From the IMG/VR virus record IMGVR_UViG_3300045988_041360, positions 1 to 38,582 of that record: a stretch of 38,582 bases of DNA; one strand, given 5' to 3'. Below the pieces are notes generated by a model. The model did not search any database and was not told where the DNA came from. It worked only from the letters and a program-made list of their open reading frames with translations. Position numbers and translations under genes: made by a program. This DNA is from a virus. Shown in pieces: positions 14,675 to 23,187 of the stretch (positions within the stretch are counted from its first letter, which is position 1; every line of letters starts with the position of its first letter).

Positions 14675-16190
14675 TTTATTTGTCAAAATCAGCGTAGACA
14701 CGAGCGAAGTAGATAAAAACCTTGGGGATACCAAAGAAAAGGCATTGAGCTTTGGTGACGTTCTGAAAGCCAATATTGCCGGGCAGGCCATTGTTTCTGG
14801 CGTGAAAGCTGTTGCAGGTGCGGTAAAAAACATTGGCGAAGCAGCGATCCAAAGCTACGGTGAGTATGAGCAACTGGTTGGCGGCGTAGAAACGCTTTTC
14901 AAGTCTTCTGCCGATACCGTGATGCAGTACGCCGCAAACGCATACCAGACGGCGGGCATGAGCGCCAACGAGTACATGACCACCGTGACGGCATTTTCCG
15001 CGTCGCTGCTACAATCGATGGGCGGCGACACGGACGCGGCAGCGGAAAAGGCGAATCTGGCCATCACCGACATGAGCGACAACGCCAATAAGATGGGCAC
15101 GGACATGCAGTCCATCCAGAACGCCTATCAGGGCTTCGCCAAGCAAAACTACACCATGCTTGATAACCTGAAGCTGGGCTATGGCGGCACAAAAGAAGAA
15201 ATGCAGCGGTTGATCGACGATGCCAACGCCTTAAATGCCGCCCAGGGGAACTACACCAATTACACCATTGACAGCTATGCCGACATCGTGGATGCAATCC
15301 ACACGGTCCAGACGGAAATGGGCATCACGGGCACAACGCAGCTGGAAGCCAGCACGACGATTCAAGGTTCTATCGCGTCGATGAAAGCGGCGTATGAAAA
15401 CTTTATCACGGGTCTCGGTGACGAAAACGCCGATATGGCGGAGCTAACTACGGAGCTTTTGGACAGCGCCGTGACGGTGGCGGGAAACATTCTCCCGGTC
15501 GTGGAGCGAGTGCTGGAAAACATCGGTATTGCGGTGCAGGAAAAGGGGCCGGAGATGATCGAAAAATTTGTCTCCTATGCCATCGACAAGCTGCCGGACA
15601 TTATCGAGCTGGGTCTGCAAATGGTCATTGCGTTGGTCAAAGGGTTGGCGCAGAACCTTCCGCAGCTGGTCACAGGCGTTTTGAATATGGCGGCAACGAT
15701 CATTAAAACGTTGGTCGATTCTATTCCTGACGTTATCGCGGTCGGCAAGGACATTGTGCGCGGCGTGTGGGACGGCATCAAGGCGATGGGTAGCTGGATC
15801 AAGGAAAAGGTGTCCGGTTTCTTCGGCGGCATTGTGGATAACGTCAAGGGCGTTCTTGGCATTCATTCCCCGTCCCGCGTATTTGCTGGGATCGGCGAGA
15901 ACATGGCGCTGGGTCTTGGCGAGGGCTGGGATGACGAATACGGCAATATCAAGCGAGGCATTACCTCTGGGCTGGACTTCGGTACGGCGTCAGTAGGATT
16001 TGCGGATTCCGGCATCGGCATTTCTAGCGCGGCTATTGTAAATGGGCTGGGCGAAGGGAAGCAATCCGGCGGATCATTTACGTTTAACCTGATGTTCCCT
16101 GACATGACCAAATTTGCATCCTATGTGTTTGACCCGTTGACCGGCTATGCGCAGGCAAACGGTACGCCAATCCTGAACCCCATTGCATGA
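14661..16190 (+). CDS. Tape measure protein
   Basis: SADTVMQYAANAYQTAGMSANEYMTTVTAFSASLLQS...AYQGFAKQNYTMLDNLKLGYGGTKEEMQRLI is a TP901-type TMP core; 509 aa. Confidence 0.85.
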   Translation: MNLLDLFVKISVDTSEVDKNLGDTKEKALSFGDVLKANIAGQAIVSGVKAVAGAVKNIGEAAIQSYGEYEQLVGGVETLFKSSADTVMQYAANAYQTAGMSANEYMTTVTAFSASLLQSMGGDTDAAAEKANLAITDMSDNANKMGTDMQSIQNAYQGFAKQNYTMLDNLKLGYGGTKEEMQRLIDDANALNAAQGNYTNYTIDSYADIVDAIHTVQTEMGITGTTQLEASTTIQGSIASMKAAYENFITGLGDENADMAELTTELLDSAVTVAGNILPVVERVLENIGIAVQEKGPEMIEKFVSYAIDKLPDIIELGLQMVIALVKGLAQNLPQLVTGVLNMAATIIKTLVDSIPDVIAVGKDIVRGVWDGIKAMGSWIKEKVSGFFGGIVDNVKGVLGIHSPSRVFAGIGENMALGLGEGWDDEYGNIKRGITSGLDFGTASVGFADSGIGISSAAIVNGLGEGKQSGGSFTFNLMFPDMTKFASYVFDPLTGYAQANGTPILNPIA

Positions 16191-16198
16191 GGTGAAAC

Positions 16199-16618
16199 AT
16201 GACGGAATTGATTTTAGACGCCAACGGCATGGCGGTGGCGCTGCCGGAGAGCCGTGATGGCGGATACAATGTGCAAAATATCCCCCTGTCGGTTGATGTA
16301 CAGATGATCTCGGGGCGAACGGCACGGGAGCTGCGGGGAAATGTGTGGCAGGTGTCCTATCAATACGGATATTTTGACGCGGAAATGAAAAACAAGGTGA
16401 TCGCGGCCTGCGAGAAGGGAACACGGGAACCAATTATCTGCGGTTTTTTGCCACAGGAATCCGATGGGGCGCTGAAATACTCCAGTTTTCTCGTAACGTC
16501 TTTTACCCGACCTAAATTTATGTGGTCGCGGCGAAGCGGACGTGGAGAGGAGACCAAGGAGACCCCACTGTGGGCAGACTTTTCCGTGGAACTGCGGGAG
16601 GTGACGCCGCATGATTAA
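16199..16618 (+). CDS. Tail component, distal-tail-protein position (short, 139 aa)
   Basis: Gene order only (directly after the TMP). Confidence 0.45.
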   Translation: MTELILDANGMAVALPESRDGGYNVQNIPLSVDVQMISGRTARELRGNVWQVSYQYGYFDAEMKNKVIAACEKGTREPIICGFLPQESDGALKYSSFLVTSFTRPKFMWSRRSGRGEETKETPLWADFSVELREVTPHD

Positions 16619-18734
16619 AAGCGGACAGGCGTATCATGCGGCGATTACAGGAGACGCGCGGCGGGTGTTGCTGCGGGCGGTCATCGACATTATCTCACCG
16701 GACATCGTGTTCGGTGCCGGGGAGACCTCCGGGCAGATTCCGTGGAGCAATTTGGAGCAGATCCACGATAAGGTTTTTGGAAATCCCACCAAGTACGCTA
16801 CGTTAGAGCGTGACCGGTGGGCGCTGGACGGGACGTGGGACCTTCTCCCGGACGATCCAACTCAGGCGGTGGGCCAGATGGGCTACATCGGCAACGTTCT
16901 TTCCGGCGCGGATGGGACGTTTGCCACGCCTCCGTGGGTGGAACTGAAATTCTCCGGCGTATCTGTCTTGCAGGCGTGCTCCGTCTACTTCCCCGGCAAC
17001 GCCTACGACGGCGTGCCGGAGAATTTTACAGTGGAGGTCAAGCAGGACGGCACGGCGTACCACACGCGGACGTACACCGGCAACACGGCATCCACCGTAT
17101 TGCTGGAGGGCTTCACGGTCAACAACCCTGACGCCATCCGGGTGACGGTGACCAAATGGTCTCGGCCCAGCAGACGGATGCGGGTGGTGGAGATCGTCCC
17201 CGGCGTGTATGAGAACTGGGACGGCGGGATGATCGCGGAGTTTAGCGTGAAGCAGCAGGGCAATGTGGCGGCCACGGCGCTGCCGTATGGCACGTGCACC
17301 CTCAAGATCGACAACCTTTCCCGGCGGTTTGAGCCGCGCAGCAAAAACGGCATTTTTCAGTCCATCGAGGAGCGGCAGGGGATCGATATCTCCCTGGGCG
17401 TCCGGCTGGCGGACGGCACGGACGAGTACAAGCGGCTGGGGATCTTCTATCAGTACTCCGGCGGCTGGAAGACCGGCGACAACGGCCTGACGATGCAGTG
17501 GAATCTGGTGGACATCATCGGCCTGCTGGCAAACCGGGAATTTTTGGCACCGCCCACCCTCCCCACTACGCTGGGCGGGTGGATCGGCGCTCTGGCGGCG
17601 CAGCTGGGTGTCAACTTTAAGGACCGCTGGCACGTGGACCCCAACTACACGGCGCTGCCGGTGACGGTGCGCACGGCGGACGATCTGCAAGGCAAATCGT
17701 GCGGGGATATCCTGCGGTGGGTGTGCCAGGCCACGGGCACATGGCCCCGGGCGGACGCCTCCACCGGAGACCTGACCGCCGAGCCTCTGTGGAGCGAGGG
17801 CAACAAAGTAACACTGGACAACCTCAACAGCTACCCAACCATGAAAGCCAATGGGGACGTAGCGGCGCTGATCTTCACCCTCAACGATGGGGCGGGCACA
17901 AAATACATCGTGTCCGGCAACGCCACATCGTCCAGCGAGACGGTGAGCATCTCCAATCCTTTTATCAAAACCCAGGCAGCGGCCCTGACGGCGGCCAAGC
18001 TGATCCTGTCCACCTACGGCGGCAACGTGCTGGATCTGACGGGCCGGGGCGATCCGTCCTCTGAGATCGGAGACGTGGAGACAGTGTGGCTGGATGAGAG
18101 TCAGGCCACCACGGCGCGGCTGACCATGCAGACGTTCCAGTTTTCGGACGGCGTCATGCAGGGCTGTCAGAGTCAGCTGCTACAGGCGGACGGCAGCTTT
18201 TTGTATCAGGGCCGGGAGGTCATCACTACCCCCGGCACATGGAAGGCCCCGGCGGGAAAGAAATCTCTGCGGGTCATCCTTGTGGGCAAGGGCGGCGACG
18301 GCACTGACGGCACTGACGGCACATGGAGCGCGGCGGGCGCTGACGGTGTGGACGGTCTTGGCGGTCTGGTATGGGCCGGAACCATCAACATCAACGATGG
18401 TCAGGAGTTTCCGGTGACTTTCGGCGAGGACACCACCTTCGGCGCGTACTCCTCCGCCAACGGCAAGCGGTACGGCAACGGCTACACAGACGTGGCCAGC
18501 GGCGATAGCTTCGCCCGGACGGGCGTGGCAAAGCCACGGGCGGGAACCGGAGACGGTGGGGCCAAGGGAACCGGCGGCGTACAAGGACGGCGGCACAGAG
18601 AAAAGAGTTACGATTTAGATGGCAACCCGGTTGGCAGCTATTGGAAAATCGATAGTTACCCCGGCTCTGGAACAGACGGAGCATTTGGCGCGTTAGGCTG
18701 TGTGGTGATCTACTGGGATAAGGAGGACGCATGA
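16611..18734 (+). CDS. Tail tip/baseplate protein with a C-terminal glycine-rich domain
   Basis: 707 aa, position after the Dit-like gene. The C-terminus TPGTWKAPAGKKSLRVILVGKGGDGTDGTDG...GCVVIYW shares a domain with 20426..21679. Confidence 0.65.
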   Translation: MIKSGQAYHAAITGDARRVLLRAVIDIISPDIVFGAGETSGQIPWSNLEQIHDKVFGNPTKYATLERDRWALDGTWDLLPDDPTQAVGQMGYIGNVLSGADGTFATPPWVELKFSGVSVLQACSVYFPGNAYDGVPENFTVEVKQDGTAYHTRTYTGNTASTVLLEGFTVNNPDAIRVTVTKWSRPSRRMRVVEIVPGVYENWDGGMIAEFSVKQQGNVAATALPYGTCTLKIDNLSRRFEPRSKNGIFQSIEERQGIDISLGVRLADGTDEYKRLGIFYQYSGGWKTGDNGLTMQWNLVDIIGLLANREFLAPPTLPTTLGGWIGALAAQLGVNFKDRWHVDPNYTALPVTVRTADDLQGKSCGDILRWVCQATGTWPRADASTGDLTAEPLWSEGNKVTLDNLNSYPTMKANGDVAALIFTLNDGAGTKYIVSGNATSSSETVSISNPFIKTQAAALTAAKLILSTYGGNVLDLTGRGDPSSEIGDVETVWLDESQATTARLTMQTFQFSDGVMQGCQSQLLQADGSFLYQGREVITTPGTWKAPAGKKSLRVILVGKGGDGTDGTDGTWSAAGADGVDGLGGLVWAGTININDGQEFPVTFGEDTTFGAYSSANGKRYGNGYTDVASGDSFARTGVAKPRAGTGDGGAKGTGGVQGRRHREKSYDLDGNPVGSYWKIDSYPGSGTDGAFGALGCVVIYWDKEDA

Positions 18735-18898
18735 GTGATTACACAATGCTCCTCCCTAAGATCACATCAGTGAGCTTTACGCCAAACCCTGTTGACATCA
18801 ACGCAAAAACAAAACTAACGGTCACGGTTACAGAGGAAACCATTGTTTTAGAGCCGGAGGTCTGGTATTCCGGCGAGATTTACGCCGGGGAGGTTTAA
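18731..18898 (+). CDS. 55-aa tail-module protein (not in the ORF track) ending in YSGEIYAGEV
   Basis: ATGA overlap, AAGGAGGA SD. The N-terminal half resembles the C-terminus of 18900..19802 and the C-terminal motif matches that of 19799..20413. Confidence 0.6.
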   Translation: MSDYTMLLPKITSVSFTPNPVDINAKTKLTVTVTEETIVLEPEVWYSGEIYAGEV

Positions 18899-18899
18899 C

Positions 18900-19802
18900 A
18901 TGGCGATCAAAACAGTACAGGCAATTATCAACGGCCAAGCGTACACGCTGACCCTCAACAGCGGAACAGGGAAGTACGAGGCCACCATCATAGCGCCGGG
19001 GAAAACGTCCTATCACCAAACCGGCGGCTACTACAACGTACAGGTCAAGGCCACCAATGAGGCCGGGACGGTGGGTACGGCGGATGCCTCCACCATGGCG
19101 GGGCTGAAGCTGGTGGTGCGCGAGCGGGTGGCTCCCGTCATCACCATCATCTCGCCGTCCACCGGCGCATACGTCAGCAACAGCAAGCAGCCGGTAGTCT
19201 TTACCGTTGTGGACGAGACGGACGGCTCCGGCGTGGATCTGTCCACGCTGGTGGTCAAACAGGACGGGGCAGCGGTTGCGTCCTCTGCCATCACCTCCAC
19301 GGCCATTGCACATGGCTATCAGGTGACGTACACCCCGGCTAAGGCCCTCACGGACGGCAGTCACACCGTCACGGTGGACTGCAAGGACCATGACGGCAAC
19401 GCGGCGGCACAGAAGACCACCACCTACAAAGTGGACACCGTACCGCCTACTCTTAACATCACGGCTCCCGTGGCAGGCCTTATTACGGCATCTGCTTCTC
19501 AGACGGTGGCGGGCACCACTAACGATGCCACCAGCAGCCCCGTGACCATCAGCATCACCCTCAACGGTGTGGATCAGGGCGCGGTGACGGTGGCCTCCAA
19601 CGGCAGCTTTACAAAATCTGTAACGCTGCGAGAGGGCAGCAACACCATTGTGGTGACAGCCACGGACGCGGCGGGCCAAAAGGCCACGGTCTCCCGAACG
19701 GTGACACTGGATACCTCCGTGCCGGTCATCAAGTCGGCTACCATTACGCCTAACCCGGTTGACGCGGGCAAGTCGATGGTAATTGCGGTGGAGATCGTAT
19801 GA
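18900..19802 (+). CDS. Ig-like (bacterial Ig repeat) tail-decoration or fibre protein
   Basis: Repeated beta-sandwich-like segments (PVITIISP..., PPTLNITAP..., SVPVIKSATITPNPVD). Confidence 0.65.
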   Translation: MAIKTVQAIINGQAYTLTLNSGTGKYEATIIAPGKTSYHQTGGYYNVQVKATNEAGTVGTADASTMAGLKLVVRERVAPVITIISPSTGAYVSNSKQPVVFTVVDETDGSGVDLSTLVVKQDGAAVASSAITSTAIAHGYQVTYTPAKALTDGSHTVTVDCKDHDGNAAAQKTTTYKVDTVPPTLNITAPVAGLITASASQTVAGTTNDATSSPVTISITLNGVDQGAVTVASNGSFTKSVTLREGSNTIVVTATDAAGQKATVSRTVTLDTSVPVIKSATITPNPVDAGKSMVIAVEIV

Positions 19803-20413
19803 GTACGCAGGTTTTAAGCGTCACGCTGCCCTCTGAGATCATCTATGTAACGGGAACCGTCAACGGGACAGCCTACACATGGACGCTGATCGAGGGGGCG
19901 TGGACGGCTACGGTTGACCGGGCGGCGGATGATACCTATCACGTTGCACTCACCGCCGTCAACGCGGCGGGGACAAGCACCAACTTTGAGCTGACGCTCT
20001 ACTACGGTCTGCTGACGCTCATCACGGACCGGACGGCGGAGGACGTGGCGCAGAAGACCGCGAAGGGATTTTACAACGCCACGGACCTCAACCGGGTGGG
20101 CGCGGCGGTGGAGTATGTAGCGGGACGGTTCCAGGCGCTGGGCTATGATTGCCCCGTGTCGGTAAAAAAGGATTGGTCCGAATCGGACACATCCACGGCC
20201 AGCCAGATGGAGACGTACCGGCAGAACATTGCCACCCTGCGGCGGCAGATCGCGGTGATGCAGTCTACGCCGGAGACGCCGGAGACGATCCGGCAGCTGG
20301 ACTACATCCGGGCTAACAATATCGAGCAGATTTTGATGGATCTGGATTTCCTCATTAGCAATATTACAAAATCGTGGTACTTCTCCGGCGAGCTGTACGC
20401 CGGGGAGGTTTGA
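19799..20413 (+). CDS. Tail-associated hypothetical protein ending in WYFSGELYAGEV
   Basis: ATGA overlap; 204 aa; shared C-terminal motif. Confidence 0.6.
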   Translation: MSTQVLSVTLPSEIIYVTGTVNGTAYTWTLIEGAWTATVDRAADDTYHVALTAVNAAGTSTNFELTLYYGLLTLITDRTAEDVAQKTAKGFYNATDLNRVGAAVEYVAGRFQALGYDCPVSVKKDWSESDTSTASQMETYRQNIATLRRQIAVMQSTPETPETIRQLDYIRANNIEQILMDLDFLISNITKSWYFSGELYAGEV

Positions 20414-20425
20414 AAGGAGAATGGC

Positions 20426-21679
20426 ATGAACGACAGAGTATCTTTGTATCCGGGCCGGGTGACGCTGACCCCGGTGGCCGGACAGACCAACACCTACGAT
20501 ATGACCCGGGCGGACCAGCCGACACAGGAGGGCACCCCGCTGAATAAAGCCAGTTTGCTCAAGGATGAAACAGCCCAAAAATACGGATTTGGAGCAGAAG
20601 CGATTCCGGATGATATTTTTGACAGGCTTGCATTTAGAGACCTTCAACATTTTCGCTATGTTGAGTTTTTGAGTAGTATTACATGGAAGGCCCCAAACAA
20701 CATTGTTGGCAATAAAATCCACGTTCTTTGTTGTGGCGGCGGTGGCGGTGGATTCTCTGGAGGCGGTGGAGGTGGCCATATCTCTCAAGCAGATGTAGTT
20801 ATCACTCCTGGCTCTACGTATCCAATTGTTATCGGTGCCGGTGGAGCAGGGGGAGGCGGCTCGAGCGGCAATGCTTCTGGTTTGAATGGCGGAACTACGT
20901 CTGCATTTGGGGTGTCTGCAAATGGCGGCAACGGCGCTTCTGGCAATGATGGCGGCGATGGTGGCTCCGGTGGCGGAGGGGGCGGAGGTAACCCTAACTC
21001 GAACGGTGGCAATGGCAGCTATGGTGGCGGAGGGGGCGGAGGTCCTATGAATAACAAAACCCCTATTACAGGTGGAAAAGGCGGCAATGGCGGTAAATAT
21101 GGAGGTGGCGGCGGAGGCGGTTCTGGATACCTAAATTCGACAGTCCATGGTAATCCTGGGAATGGAGGCACTTACGGTGGTAATGGCGGTTACGGTGGTA
21201 AGGGTAATGGCCCTGCATATCCGACCGATGCTTCCGATGGCACCATTGCCGAGTTCCCAGTAATATTTCCATTCGTTTTAAACACTGGCGGTTTAGCTGG
21301 CATAAAAAATACTGCAACCAATTATGTTGGAGGCGGAGGAGGCGGCGGTTACGGCGGTAATGGCGGTAAAGGAGGTAGCGGGACTTCCTTCGCCTGCGGC
21401 GGAGGAGGCGGCGGATACGGCGGTAATGGCGGTAATGGGCATGGTAATGGCGGTGGGGGCGGAGGAGGCGGCGGTTACGGCGGTAATGGCGGTAATTATG
21501 GCGGTGGAGGCGGCGGATACGGCGGTAATGGCGGTAGTGCTGACTCGCAATATGGCGGTGGTGCTGGTACCCGAGGTGGTGGCGGTGGCGGCGCCTACCA
21601 AACCGACTATGGTGGAGGACCTGGCGGTTCCGGAGTCGTCGCCATTTGGTATTACGTAACCGAGGAGGAATCCAAATGA
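20426..21679 (+). CDS. Glycine-rich tail fibre/receptor-binding candidate
   Basis: N-terminus RVSLYPGRVTLTPVAG...GTPLNKASLL is fibre-like, followed by ITWKAPNN...VLCCGGGGGG and long GGxGG/YGGNGG tracts. Confidence 0.65.
   Translation: MNDRVSLYPGRVTLTPVAGQTNTYDMTRADQPTQEGTPLNKASLLKDETAQKYGFGAEAIPDDIFDRLAFRDLQHFRYVEFLSSITWKAPNNIVGNKIHVLCCGGGGGGFSGGGGGGHISQADVVITPGSTYPIVIGAGGAGGGGSSGNASGLNGGTTSAFGVSANGGNGASGNDGGDGGSGGGGGGGNPNSNGGNGSYGGGGGGGPMNNKTPITGGKGGNGGKYGGGGGGGSGYLNSTVHGNPGNGGTYGGNGGYGGKGNGPAYPTDASDGTIAEFPVIFPFVLNTGGLAGIKNTATNYVGGGGGGGYGGNGGKGGSGTSFACGGGGGGYGGNGGNGHGNGGGGGGGGGYGGNGGNYGGGGGGYGGNGGSADSQYGGGAGTRGGGGGGAYQTDYGGGPGGSGVVAIWYYVTEEESK
21341..21536 (+). repeat. Four dispersed-tandem copies of a 28-nt unit, ggcggcgg(t/a)tacggcggtaatggcggta, inside the fibre gene
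   Basis: Copies start at 21341, 21407, 21467 and 21509; they encode GGGYGGNGG. Confidence 0.85.
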
Positions 21680-21951
21680 GGTACAAAATTTTTGACAATG
21701 GAGAGCAGATAAACACCATCGAGGCAGATTTTCTCTTTGTGGCCGCATACTGCCAAAGTGCTGGATACACTTTTGAGGAGGCCCCGCTGCCGGATGCTCC
21801 CGCCTCCACCCCAGAGCCCACCACAGAGGAACGTCTGGCGGCGCTGGAGAGCGAAAACAAACTCCTCAAAGAGCAGGTCAGCGCACAGGCTGACCAGGCA
21901 GAATTTTACGAGGACTGTATCGCCGAGATGGCGGCAATCGTCTATGCGTGA
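21676..21951 (+). CDS. Hypothetical tail-module protein (91 aa)
   Basis: ATGA overlap with the fibre stop and GAGGAGGAA SD; MRYKIFDNGEQINTIEADF... Confidence 0.6.
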   Translation: MRYKIFDNGEQINTIEADFLFVAAYCQSAGYTFEEAPLPDAPASTPEPTTEERLAALESENKLLKEQVSAQADQAEFYEDCIAEMAAIVYA

Positions 21952-22009
21952 GTTTTGGGCGGAGGCCGCCCTGACCCTATATTTTTTACTATCGAAAGGA
22001 GCAAGAGAC

Positions 22010-22177
22010 ATGATGGCAATGTTGTTTGCGCAGAGAGTGATTTTAGGCAAGACCGAGTTTGAGAAGGTGCCCGCGAAGCTGAAGCAGCAGGTGGCGGACA
22101 TTCTCATCAACGAGTGCGGTCTGCCGGAGCTGGTGCCTGCCGAGTTTGGCGGTACAAAGGAAACGCCGGAGGGTTAA
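22010..22177 (+). CDS. 55-aa hypothetical protein (XkdX position, just before the lysis genes)
   Basis: ATG 22010 after AAAGGAG; the longer track ORF from 21737 has no support. Confidence 0.5.
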   Translation: MMAMLFAQRVILGKTEFEKVPAKLKQQVADILINECGLPELVPAEFGGTKETPEG

Positions 22178-22314
22178 TCCTCCGGCAAATCCCACAAAAC
22201 CTCCGACGCGGCTTGCTGGGCGACGATCTTACGCTTGAGTTCGTCCAGTTCGTCCAAAAGCTCTACGGTCATGTAGTAGAGTTCTTCATAGGCTTGTTTC
22301 TGTGCTGCGGTCAT
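22174..22314 (-). CDS. 46-aa reverse-oriented hypothetical protein between the tail and lysis genes
   Basis: Minus-strand ATG at 22314 preceded by AAAGGAGGTG; MTAAQKQAYEELYYMTVELLDELDELKRKIVAQQAASEVLWDLPED; convergent, with a 4-nt overlap with 22010..22177. Confidence 0.55.
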   Translation of the reverse strand: MTAAQKQAYEELYYMTVELLDELDELKRKIVAQQAASEVLWDLPED

Positions 22315-22408
22315 GTTGACCACCTCCTTTACCGGGAGTATAGCACAGAGGCCGCGTCGAAACGCGTCGGAATGTGACCTTAAAACTGCAACTTTTAAGG
22401 AGTGTATT

Positions 22409-22633
22409 ATGACAGAGACAATCGTATGCGCCCTCATCACCGGGGGCTTGACGCTGATGGGGGTTCTCATCGCCAACAGCAAGACCCAGGCGGTGACGGA
22501 AGCCAAGCTGGACGAGTTGACCCGGGAGGTGCGGGAACACAACCATTTTGCCCAGCGGGTGCCGGTGGTTGAGGAGCAGATCAAGGTAATCAACCACCGG
22601 ATCGAGGATCTGGAGCATATCAGTGAACGCTGA
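22409..22633 (+). CDS. BhlA/UviB-like holin-type membrane protein (one N-terminal TM helix plus coiled coil)
   Basis: IVCALITGGLTLMGVLIA then a charged helical tail; ATG 22409 after TAAGGAG. Confidence 0.4.
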   Translation: MTETIVCALITGGLTLMGVLIANSKTQAVTEAKLDELTREVREHNHFAQRVPVVEEQIKVINHRIEDLEHISER

Positions 22634-22645
22634 AAGGAGAACACT

Positions 22646-22837
22646 ATGGAAAACATCAAGAAACGGCTGGGCAATCTGCTTGCGGTGAAGTCTCTGGTGA
22701 CCATCACCCTGACGGTGGTGTTTGCGGTGCTGGCCCTGCGGGAGAGCATCAGCGGCAGCGAGTTCCTGACCATCTTCACGGTGGTCATCGGCTTCTACTT
22801 TGGCACCCAGCGGGTGAGTGAGGATAAAAACGGCTGA
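22646..22837 (+). CDS. Holin (two TM helices, 63 aa)
   Basis: KSLVTITLTVVFAVLAL and FLTIFTVVIGFYFGTQ hydrophobic segments with a charged C-terminus; upstream of the endolysin. Confidence 0.6.
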   Translation: MENIKKRLGNLLAVKSLVTITLTVVFAVLALRESISGSEFLTIFTVVIGFYFGTQRVSEDKNG

Positions 22838-22866
22838 GTGCCGCAAAATTTGAAAGGGGACATATT

Positions 22867-23187
22867 ATGAACAAGATCTACGAGAACATCATCAACGAGG
22901 GCAAGAAGAACAGCAAACCCGTGGAGACCATCAACGCCGAACTGAAAGCGGCGGGGGCAAACTTCCACTTGAATCCCGACGGCTCCGTGGCCGGTTGGAC
23001 CGAGGACGAAATGCGGGAGGGCTTCGTCCCCGCTGAGAAGGAGCCGGAGGACGTGAAGCACCTGCATGACTACATGCGGCGTGACCCTGCCAAGGCCAAC
23101 ACCGAGGAGGATGTCTGGGTACCCGAAGGCCATTACCGCATTACTTTTGACGAGGACGGCCACGCCACCAAGGCCGTGCGGATCTGA
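22867..23187 (+). CDS. Hypothetical acidic protein between holin and endolysin
   Basis: 106 aa, AAAGGGGA SD, stop overlaps the endolysin start (TGATG). Confidence 0.55.
   Translation: MNKIYENIINEGKKNSKPVETINAELKAAGANFHLNPDGSVAGWTEDEMREGFVPAEKEPEDVKHLHDYMRRDPAKANTEEDVWVPEGHYRITFDEDGHATKAVRI

Noticed and set aside
20426-21679. A diversity-generating retroelement targeting the fibre gene
   Set aside because: No reverse transcriptase gene exists anywhere in the genome, and there is no template/variable repeat pair with adenine-specific differences. The repeats are in-frame Gly/Tyr/Asn codon blocks.
21737-22177. The 146-aa track ORF 21737..22177 as a single gene
   Set aside because: Its first about 90 codons overlap 21676..21951 in another frame and are R/P-rich. 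Only the last 55 codons, from ATG 22010 behind AAAGGAG, look genuine.
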